Positions 8,524 to 16,164 of a stretch of DNA of 34,820 nucleotides are shown here, piece after piece. A program made the position numbers and the translations under genes. The notes beneath the pieces were generated by a model. It did not search any database and had not been told where the DNA came from. It saw only the letters and a list, made by a program, of their open reading frames with translations. The stretch's first letter is position 1, and each line of letters begins with the position of its first letter. The DNA comes from an uncultured Chloroflexia bacterium (GTDB lineage: Bacteria; Chloroflexota; Anaerolineae; B4-G1; SLSP01): assembly GCA_963751345.1 (NCBI GenBank), contig CAVVUS010000007.1, forward strand, positions 1 to 34,820, given 5' to 3'.

Positions 8524-9291
8524 CTAGCTCTCCGGCAGTTCTTGCGCGTATACCTTCATCGCCGCTGCCAGAAAGTCCGCCAGTCCCTCTGCGTATTCAT
8601 CGTAATGGGCGCGGAACTCGGGATTTTCGGTATAGAGAGAGGCCAGGCCGACATAATAGTCGGCAGTCACCGGATGGAAGTGCTCGAGCCATGCGCGGTG
8701 GCGTGCCATTAAGGCTTGTACTTCCGGCGCATCGGGCGTGGTGTGACCCATAAGGTCGGCCAGCTCGCTGCTGATCGCATCACTCTCGGCCTTGATAGCA
8801 GTCCATTCGGCTTTGGAAAGCTTCCGCAGCTTCTGTTCGCTTGCGTCCACTGCTTTGTCTCCGTATCGCTCCCGCGCCTCGCGTGGATAGCGTTCTCGCT
8901 GCTCCGGAGTGAACCCTTCGTAGAGTTCTTCGTCGGTCATCGTCATAGTATCCTCCGTTAATCGACGTATTGTTTTGTCCACGGTTTCCAGGAGGCGTGA
9001 CAGGCGGGCCGCGCGCTGCTGCAGCAGGGCGTGATGCCGGCGAAGCGCCGTGACCAGATCGAACCCTGGGTCATCGAGGATATCGCGAATCTCCTCCAGG
9101 CTCAGGTCCAGCTCTTTGAAGAAGAGGATCTGCTGCAGCCGCAGCAACTCCTGTTCTCCGTAGCGCCGGTACCCCGTTTCGCTTCGTGAGGCGGGGTGCA
9201 GTAACCCGATCCGGTCGTAGTGATGGAGCGTCCGAATGCTCACCCCCGCCATCTTTGCCAGCTTCCCCACGGTATAGGTCCCTGATGTCAT
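8524..9291 (-). CDS. MerR-family regulator of TipA/Mta type (HTH plus TipAS antibiotic-binding domain)
   Basis: YTVGKLAKMAGVSIRTLHHYDRIGLL.P...GYRRY, LQQILFFKEL, and C-terminal EARERYG...PEVQ...LASLY..NPEF..HYD...GLADFL; GGAGG SD. Confidence 0.92.
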   Translation of the reverse strand: MTSGTYTVGKLAKMAGVSIRTLHHYDRIGLLHPASRSETGYRRYGEQELLRLQQILFFKELDLSLEEIRDILDDPGFDLVTALRRHHALLQQRAARLSRLLETVDKTIRRLTEDTMTMTDEELYEGFTPEQRERYPREARERYGDKAVDASEQKLRKLSKAEWTAIKAESDAISSELADLMGHTTPDAPEVQALMARHRAWLEHFHPVTADYYVGLASLYTENPEFRAHYDEYAEGLADFLAAAMKVYAQELPES

Positions 9292-9308
9292 CTTGCCTCC
9301 AAGGGCTT

Positions 9309-9339
9309 ACTGTACACTATGACGCTACGTCAGGGTCAA
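9309..9339 (-). promoter_or_regulatory. MerR-type promoter with 19-bp spacer and dyad operator
   Basis: TTGACC (9334-9339), 19 bp, TACAGT (9309-9314); spacer holds TGACG-N3-CGTCA (9320-9332), the architecture of tipA/mta promoters. Confidence 0.85.
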
Positions 9340-9354
9340 GGGGCAAAGGGATGG

Positions 9355-9400
9355 AAAAAAGCGCGGCCTAACGTTGCCACGCCCCAACGTTAGGCCGCGC
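9355..9400 (-). terminator. Intrinsic terminator of the LysM gene
   Basis: Perfect 16-bp stem (9361-9376 / 9385-9400) followed by T6 on the minus strand. Confidence 0.85.
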
Positions 9401-9411
9401 AAATGCCGTAC

Positions 9412-9822
9412 TTACCAGCCGGGGATGTAGAGGACCTGTCCGGTGTAGATACAGTTCAGGTTGTAAATACCGTTGGCTTGCGCGAGGCTCCAGACATCGA
9501 CGCCGTGCCGCCAGGCGATGCTGGTGAGTGTATCTCCGCAGCGAACCACGTAGCGATAGCCGACATTGTACATGGGCCAACCGCCACAGCAGCCATAGCC
9601 GGTAGGGATGACCAGTCGCTGCCCACACCAGATGTAGTTGGGGTTAACGAGGCCGTTTGCTCGGGCGATGGCCCACGGGTCCACCCCGTACCAGCGCCCG
9701 ATGCTGAAGAGGGTCTCACCCCGCTGAACGATGTGGACGTTGCCGCCACCCCAGGCCATGACCGGTGTTGCGAAGCTCAGCGCCAACACAAGAAGCACGA
9801 TGACCACCAGTGCTCGTTTCAT
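9412..9822 (-). CDS. Secreted protein with two LysM domains
   Basis: Signal peptide, then HIVQRGETLFSIGRWYGV...IARANGLVNPNYI and YVVRCGDTLTSIAWRHGV...GQVLYIP; AGGAGG SD. Confidence 0.92.
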   Translation of the reverse strand: MKRALVVIVLLVLALSFATPVMAWGGGNVHIVQRGETLFSIGRWYGVDPWAIARANGLVNPNYIWCGQRLVIPTGYGCCGGWPMYNVGYRYVVRCGDTLTSIAWRHGVDVWSLAQANGIYNLNCIYTGQVLYIPGW

Positions 9823-9920
9823 AACGCCTCCTCCTGCTCTAAGGGGACCTACAACCGCACAACCTGACCAAACAGGACTGCGGTGAGGGGCGTGGTGGGT
9901 TGTGCTAGTTTGTCATACTC

Positions 9921-9949
9921 ATCATACGATGAAATGCCAACGAGGTCAA
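9921..9949 (-). promoter_or_regulatory. Sigma70-type promoter of the LysM gene
   Basis: TTGACC (9944-9949), 17 bp, TATGAT (9921-9926). Confidence 0.65.
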
Positions 9950-10183
9950 GTGCATGTGCGCTGATCGTGCCTGGCCCGCCCGCCCTACACCTTCTTCCCA
10001 ACCGCGCAGTCTTGCTGCACATGCTCAGTTCGCCGTAAAGTCAGAATTGAACATTATCGATTAGGGGCCTTGCGCCACTGCGGATCTGTGGCATTATAGC
10101 TTTCGCTCAATCGCGGACGTGGAAGGTGGCCACACTTTCCGGCGGTTCGGCGACCTCGATTCGCATTCTTCCCATACACTGCT

Positions 10184-10756
10184 ATGGAGATCAACCCTAC
10201 GGGAGTCACGTCAATGTACTTTCCTGGTAGTCTAGCCCTGGCACTAATCCCGCTCATTCTCACTCCCCCAAATATCCTGGAAGTTCCTGGCATCGGCCTG
10301 CAGGTGCCGACTATTCTAGCCGAACGCGTCGATCTCGATAACAACAGGCACACGTGGACGGTGCCTTGTACAATGTCTGCAAGCAGCATCACCGAGGGTG
10401 GCAATATCACGCTCTTCGGACACCGAGATATCTGCGGCGGTGTTTTCGATGGTTTGCCCCAACTCACACCCGGTGATGAGGTGTTCTACGATGGCCATCG
10501 GTACATCGTCAGCGAAACAGACGTTGTGGGTCCGACCGAGGTGTGGCCTCTTCAGGATTTTGGCGACGTACGACTCACGCTCATCTCGTGCTGGCCGCCG
10601 GGCAGCACGACACAGCGATACGTGGTTGTGGCCTTGCAGGCATCAGGTGAAACCTCTGGACCGGCTGTGGCGCAGCCCCCGGCCCCCTTGCGCACCGGAA
10701 CGTCCCGGCTCGGCGCGGGATCAAGATCCTATCGTCAGCGCTGTATGTTCGTCTGA
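10184..10756 (+). CDS. Sortase (class D/E-like)
   Basis: GNITLFGHRD (His), LTLISC (Cys) and TQRYVV (Arg) triad; short hydrophobic N-terminus; start may be ATG 10214. Confidence 0.88.
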   Translation: MEINPTGVTSMYFPGSLALALIPLILTPPNILEVPGIGLQVPTILAERVDLDNNRHTWTVPCTMSASSITEGGNITLFGHRDICGGVFDGLPQLTPGDEVFYDGHRYIVSETDVVGPTEVWPLQDFGDVRLTLISCWPPGSTTQRYVVVALQASGETSGPAVAQPPAPLRTGTSRLGAGSRSYRQRCMFV

Positions 10757-11005
10757 CCCCCCTCCACGCCGTCGCAGCACCCGGGCGAACTGAGGGGTTT
10801 CCACAGCGCGCCTGCCAACTCAAAGCCAACACAATGACAACCGAAGCCAGCCCGACGCCGATCAGTCCCGCCTTTTATTCTAAATAGATCACTCTATTAT
10901 GATAAATGTGGTTTCTGTCGTGCTGAGTCGGGGTCTTAGGCCCACTCTGGCTGATCCAAGCACACTAGTGATTCAGGGCCTAAAATGAAAAAGGATGGCA
11001 ACAAG

Positions 11006-12025
11006 ATGGTTAGGCTACGAAGGGTTGGCGCTGTGTTCGTGATGCTGGCAATGCTGGCATTTGCTGCTGGCTTGGTCAGTGCCCAGGCCATGACACCGAG
11101 TGTCACTGTCGAAGGTCAAGCTCTCACGGTCACGGTTCAATCGGTGCTCAGCGATGGGCCGGGATGGCTTGTCATTCACGCCGACAACAAGGGCGCGCCG
11201 GGAGCAGTGCTCGGCTGGGCGCCACTGTCCGACGGTGAGAACAGCAACGTCGTTGTCCCCATTGATCCGGCCGGGCTTACGCCCACGGTGTGGGCTATGC
11301 TGCACATAGATGCTGGAGTGGTGGGGACGTATGAGAACCCGGGTCCCGATGCTCCGGTCATGGTCGATGGGGCGATCGTGGAAGAGCCCTTGTCGCTAGA
11401 TCCCACGGGGACGATGTCAACACTCATGCCTTCTGCGACCACAAGTATGACGTCGAGCGTCACCGTACAGGACCAGGTACTCACGGTAGATGTCGCATCC
11501 GTCGTCAGTGACGGGCCCGGCTGGGTCGTGATCCATGCCGACAATAATGGTGCGCCGGGGACGGTACTCGGCCACGCGGCTGTCTCCGACGGCGAGAACA
11601 CCAACATCTCCGTTCCCATTGTCCCCAGTGGCGTTACGCCCACAATCTGGGCTATGCTGCACACGGATGCCGGTACGGTCGGCACCTACGAGTTCCCGGG
11701 TGTCGATTCTCCTGTCGCGCTGAACGGACAGATTGTCATGCAGTCTGCACCGCTGGTCACCAGCTCGATGGCGCCATCCGAAGGTACCGCAGCGGTTAAA
11801 GCTACGGCGACGCCCGAGGCTACGGCGACGCCTGAGCCTACGGCGACCGCTCAGCCCGCTGCCACGGCCACACCGATGCCTTCGGCAACGGCGACGCCTT
11901 CCGGCGGTGCAGTTCTGCCTCAGACGGGTGCTGCTTCGTTGGTCCCGTTGGTGTTGGTCGTCGCTATCGGCATACTCTTGGTGGGTGGCGGCCTTGCGCT
12001 GTCTTTCCGCAAGGTTAGGAAATAG
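11006..12025 (+). CDS. Secreted two-repeat surface protein with LPQTG sortase sorting signal
   Basis: Signal peptide; two ~100-aa repeats (SDGPGW.VIHAD...G.VLG.A..SDGEN.N..V...WAMLH.D.G..G.YE.PG.D.PV; resembles DUF7282 from memory); T/P/A linker; LPQTG, hydrophobic helix, RKVRK. Confidence 0.88.
   Translation: MVRLRRVGAVFVMLAMLAFAAGLVSAQAMTPSVTVEGQALTVTVQSVLSDGPGWLVIHADNKGAPGAVLGWAPLSDGENSNVVVPIDPAGLTPTVWAMLHIDAGVVGTYENPGPDAPVMVDGAIVEEPLSLDPTGTMSTLMPSATTSMTSSVTVQDQVLTVDVASVVSDGPGWVVIHADNNGAPGTVLGHAAVSDGENTNISVPIVPSGVTPTIWAMLHTDAGTVGTYEFPGVDSPVALNGQIVMQSAPLVTSSMAPSEGTAAVKATATPEATATPEPTATAQPAATATPMPSATATPSGGAVLPQTGAASLVPLVLVVAIGILLVGGGLALSFRKVRK
11801..11854 (+). repeat. 18-bp coding tandem repeat (ATATPE-like linker)
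   Basis: GCTACGGCGACGCCCGAG GCTACGGCGACGCCTGAG CCTACGGCGACCGCTCAG, with degenerate copies to about 11900. Confidence 0.8.
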
Positions 12026-12121
12026 GCAGAGCTCACAAGACGCGTTAACTGGTCGAGGGGATGGCGCAGCAGGGACGCGACGCACGATCTCATCGTTTAT
12101 CTGCGACCGCCATCCATATCA

Positions 12122-12157
12122 AACCGGGCGCCGAAACTGCAGTTTTGGCGCCCGGTT
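12122..12157. terminator. Long hairpin between convergent genes
   Basis: Near-perfect palindrome AACCGGGCGCCGAAACT-GC-AGTTTTGGCGCCCGGTT. Confidence 0.6.
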
Positions 12158-12184
12158 CGTGGTGTCGGGCCAGTCTCCCGGTGG

Positions 12185-13135
12185 TTAGCTATCGGATGCG
12201 GCCAGCCCGGCCCGAATGAAGATCCAGGGGGCACCGACGCTGGCCCACAGGCCAATCAGGACGTAGCGTATGAAGCGGAAAATCAGGGCAGGTTCCAGCG
12301 CGGCGAACGCTACCTTGAGCCCGGCGTAGAGGATCAATACCCCGACCATTCCAAGCGGATAGCGCAATGCTCTCTGCCACCACTCACCGGCAGATGCGTA
12401 GTGCAGCCAACGCCGCTCCGCGGCGAATCCGATCCCCAATCCCATAAATGCTGAACCGGCGGTGACGATGATCTCCCGGGGAAACAGCACCATTGCCAGC
12501 GCCGGGACAACTGTGGCGAGGGTCAATTGCCAGCCAAGCTCCACGCCTGCCAGCCGCCGGCTGGCTCCGGGCTCGAGCCAGAGATAGAGGAATAGCAGTG
12601 CCGCGCCGATGACATAGCCGCCGACTACATCGTGCGGAAAGTGAACCGCCAGGTAGATCCTGGATAAGGGTACCAGCACGATCAGCAGGATTGCCAGAGC
12701 AAGAAACACCGAACGCACAGCCGCGTAGCGAGTGCCGCGCAGGCGATGTGCGTGCATCGTGAGGTAACCCCAGATCGCGGTCGCGTTCTCGGTGTGCCCG
12801 CTCGGAAAGCCATAGCCCGTGGCTTCGTAGCGCTGCCGGGCGATCCCAATCGGCACGCGAAAGAGGGTGGCCAGCCGGTCCGGGGCATAGTCGATCGGCC
12901 GTGGCAGTCTGAAGAGCTCCTTTATCCCCTCGTTGGAGGCAGCTGAGATGATGAGAATGACGATCACGCGTACCCCCGTCCAGCGGTCGATGCACCAATA
13001 GACGAAGGGGAGGAAGAGCAAGAAGAAGAGTTCGTTGCCCAAGTAGGTCAGGACCTCAAACGGGCCGACGAGACCCGGGATGGTCTGGCGCAGCCACAGG
13101 ATCCAGCTGATTTCCAGGTCAAATAGGTGCGTCAA
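12185..13135 (-). CDS. PAP2-family membrane phosphatase
   Basis: K..F.LPRP, FPSGH and SRIYLAVHFPHDV motifs; several TM helices; GGAGG SD before TTG. Confidence 0.92.
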   Translation of the reverse strand: MTHLFDLEISWILWLRQTIPGLVGPFEVLTYLGNELFFLLFLPFVYWCIDRWTGVRVIVILIISAASNEGIKELFRLPRPIDYAPDRLATLFRVPIGIARQRYEATGYGFPSGHTENATAIWGYLTMHAHRLRGTRYAAVRSVFLALAILLIVLVPLSRIYLAVHFPHDVVGGYVIGAALLFLYLWLEPGASRRLAGVELGWQLTLATVVPALAMVLFPREIIVTAGSAFMGLGIGFAAERRWLHYASAGEWWQRALRYPLGMVGVLILYAGLKVAFAALEPALIFRFIRYVLIGLWASVGAPWIFIRAGLAASDS

Positions 13136-13361
13136 CAGCGACCTCCTCTCGAAGTATCTTGCGGTGTCTGAGCGTTCTAGGGCGGAAACGTGTTAACTTC
13201 CTGTGGCCATCATGCTCCGGATTCGTCTCGCCAACGGAGCGCCCATCGCGCTGCCGGTGTTGGTGAAGAGATAGCAGAAGACCCGGTCACGGGGGCGCCA
13301 GATGATGGCGGCGTCGAGGCAGGCCAGCTTGTTTGTGATCAGATCATTCGGGACACCCTCC

Positions 13362-14622
13362 TCATGCTGACTCTCTCATCGACCGTGACACCCGGTGCGA
13401 GATCGCAGCCATCAGCACAGTTCCGGCGGCAGCCAGTCCAATGCCAAGCCCAAATAGCTTCTGATAGCCATGGGCGTCGATGAAGTAGCCTCCGAAGAGG
13501 CTCATGGAGCCGAATCCCGAGCCCATGGCCATCGTGACGGCCCCATAGGAGAGCCCACGCCATCCCTCCGATACCAACTCCATCTGGAAGACCTGGAGCG
13601 ATGGCAACCAGAGCGAGGCGGCGACCTGTATACCCAACATCCCAAACCCGACGGTGCTCCAATGCGATGCCGTCGCCAGGATGCCGAGACTTACCGAGAG
13701 GATCCCGGTAGACGCGGTTACAATCCACCCATAATCCCAGCGCTCGGATAGGCGTGGGATGAGGAAGGCAACACCGATGGCCGCGACCTGACCTACTCCG
13801 TTGATCAGGCCGATGGTCGATGTGGGGATCCGCAGCTCGGTATCCAAATATGGTGTACAGAAGGACTGGCACGTGGTCCAGCCAGTGTGTCGCAGAAAGA
13901 CGTAGACGATCATCGCAGCGACCGGCAGCAGCGGGAAAGGGCCACGCTGCCGCACAATCCTGGTCATCTGTTGCGGGTCGGCCGCCTCCCCGAATCTTCA
14001 GTAGCGGGCCAATGGAGAGCAACCCCAGGAATGCTCCCGCCAGAAGTGCATAGCCGTAAGGTGCCGCATCCTGGACGTCCGTACCCGCGATTGCCGCAAG
14101 AAGGCCCGGCAAGACGCCGCCCACCACGGTCCCGCCGAAGGTACCGATGCCGCGCAGCGCGCTGGTCATCGCGTAGGCACTGCTGCGGTCCGGAGCGCGG
14201 GTCACGGCCATCAGCGCGGGCACCGTGTTCACATTGATCAAAGACCAACCGATGGTCATCACGAGTTGCGAAGCGAAGGGCCACGTAGCGGCATGGGCCG
14301 GCACGAGCATCTCGAGGAGGGGCAGTATCGACATGCCGCCGACCGTCAGCCAGCTCCCGACAATCATCATTCTGCGGGTGCCGAAGCGCTGCCCCAGGAG
14401 CCCACTCGGCACGCCCATCGCCATAAACGTGAAGGCGCCGGTGGCATAGTAGGCGCCGACGTAGGGTGCCCCGAAGCCCAGCCGCAGAAGATAGAGGCTG
14501 CGGAGCAATGAGAAAACGCCAAAGAAGCTGACGGCGATCAACCCGGACGCGAGAATCAACTGCCTTGCATCGTGGCTGAAGGCCCGCAGTGAGGGAAGGC
14601 GCAAAGGTATTCGTGTGTTCAT
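13362..14622 (-). CDS. MFS transporter (one frameshift near 13960)
   Basis: N-half from MNTRIP (motif A GLLGQRFGTRR) in ORF 13339..15087 and C-half (LSERWDY) in ORF 13362..13967; about 12 hydrophobic segments. Confidence 0.82.
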
Positions 14623-14734
14623 ACGTTGTTCTGCGGGGATTGTACGCGAGGTGCAAGAAAGCGACAAGATCAGCAGTCGACAGGCGGCTGTTCTTACTTG
14701 CATAGCCATTGTAGAATGGGGGCAGGAGGCATTG

Positions 14735-16057
14735 ATGAACCTGGACATTCCCTTTGGGACGCAGTCTTTTTCGATAGCGGTCGATGAAGCCCGGGCAGAC
14801 GTGCTGGTCGCCAGCGCGAAGGATCCCGCGGGCACAAAGTCGTGGGAGGAGGTCGTGGCGCAGGCGATGGCTTCCCCGGTTGGGGCTAGCCCTATCGAGT
14901 CGCAGGATCTGGGCGGCAAGCGAGTTGCGATCATCACAGATGATTGGGGACGCCCCACACCCGCACATCGGGTCGTTCCGTTGATCCTGGAGCGGCTCGC
15001 GGCGACAGGGGTCGCCGATGATGGCATTACCTTCGTCACGGCCAGCGGGATGCACGACCCAATGTCTGCGGATGATCTGGCGCGCAAGTTGGGGGCTGAC
15101 GTAGTCGCCCGCTATCGGTGCATCAGTCACGACGGTGGTGACTGGGGGATGCTGCGCTTTGTGGGCATCAGTGCGATGGGCACCCCGGTATGGGTCAACC
15201 GCCACATCGTCGAAGCAGATTACGTCATAGGGCTGGGGAGGGTGGCGCCGCACGTCACCCACGGCTATGAGGGAGGCTACAAGCTGATCTTGCCGGGCGT
15301 CTCCGGATTCGACACGATCCTGCGCGATCACAGCTTCAACTACTCGCTTGACTCGATTCCCGGGCAGCACGACAATCCGAGTCGTGCCGAGACAGACGCG
15401 GTCGGCAGGATGGTCGGAATCGACTTCCTAATCAACGTCGTGGTCAACCGTCAGGACGAGCCAATCGTGGCCTTCGCCGGACGTGTGGAGCCTGTGCACC
15501 AGCGAGCGATGGCTTTCGGTGATGCGTCGGTGTGGGGGGCCGAGGTGGGCGAGCCGGCTGACGTCACGTTGGCCTCGCACGGGACCGGGCCGGTGCCGCA
15601 TCAGGGATTCGATCCCGAGACGGTGCGAAGGGCCTGCGAAGTAACGCGACCGGGAGGAACCGTGATCGTCGTGGGTACAGCCGCTCCGGGTCTGGGCGTA
15701 CGTGATTGGCGTGCTGGAGCCCTTGCGGACGATGGGATGTTGGAGACGCTGTCGCGCGAAGCCTTTGGACCTCATCTGCGCGATCTGGCATTCAGCGAAT
15801 TGATGCGGCTCCACGAACGGCGAGACTGGCCGCTCCCTCCGCGCGAGATTCAATGGCGGGCCAAGTCGATCCGCGGCGAGTTCTACCGTCGGCGCTGGCT
15901 GATGGCAGCGGAGTCCCTCAACGTCATCTTTAGCGAGGATCCGCAGGCTGCTTTGACTGAGGTGCTGGCCCGGGCTGACAAGCGCATCCGACTGCTCGTT
16001 CTGCCGGATGGTCGCTCCACTTTGCCCAAGGTGGCACTCCACAAGGCGACGGAATAG
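14735..16057 (+). CDS. LarA-superfamily (nickel-pincer nucleotide) racemase/epimerase
   Basis: IITDDWGRPTP, ASGMH, GTPVWVNR, PHVTHGYEGGYKLILPGVS motifs; AGGAGG SD before ATG 14735. Confidence 0.85.
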   Translation: MNLDIPFGTQSFSIAVDEARADVLVASAKDPAGTKSWEEVVAQAMASPVGASPIESQDLGGKRVAIITDDWGRPTPAHRVVPLILERLAATGVADDGITFVTASGMHDPMSADDLARKLGADVVARYRCISHDGGDWGMLRFVGISAMGTPVWVNRHIVEADYVIGLGRVAPHVTHGYEGGYKLILPGVSGFDTILRDHSFNYSLDSIPGQHDNPSRAETDAVGRMVGIDFLINVVVNRQDEPIVAFAGRVEPVHQRAMAFGDASVWGAEVGEPADVTLASHGTGPVPHQGFDPETVRRACEVTRPGGTVIVVGTAAPGLGVRDWRAGALADDGMLETLSREAFGPHLRDLAFSELMRLHERRDWPLPPREIQWRAKSIRGEFYRRRWLMAAESLNVIFSEDPQAALTEVLARADKRIRLLVLPDGRSTLPKVALHKATE

Positions 16058-16077
16058 CCTGTCGTGAATTCTCTCGC

Positions 16078-16105
16078 TTGACAATTCTCTAACCGTTGTT
16101 AAACT
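16078..16105 (+). promoter_or_regulatory. Sigma70-type promoter upstream of the 7TM kinase
   Basis: TTGACA (16078-16083), 16 bp, TAAACT (16100-16105) with extended TG. Confidence 0.65.
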
Positions 16106-16164
16106 TATGGTGATGGTTGGTGCGCTGAGGGATTCGCGGTGCATCGACCGGACTGCGATGGTCT

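Noticed and set aside
9830-9915. Riboswitch (c-di-AMP or c-di-GMP) in the LysM leader
   Set aside because: Only one modest hairpin; no recognisable conserved aptamer motifs.
13339-15370. Long overlapping ORFs (13339..15087 N-terminal extension, 13964..15370) and similar antisense ORFs across the window
   Set aside because: Shadow frames of well-supported genes in GC-rich DNA; no motifs or SD support.
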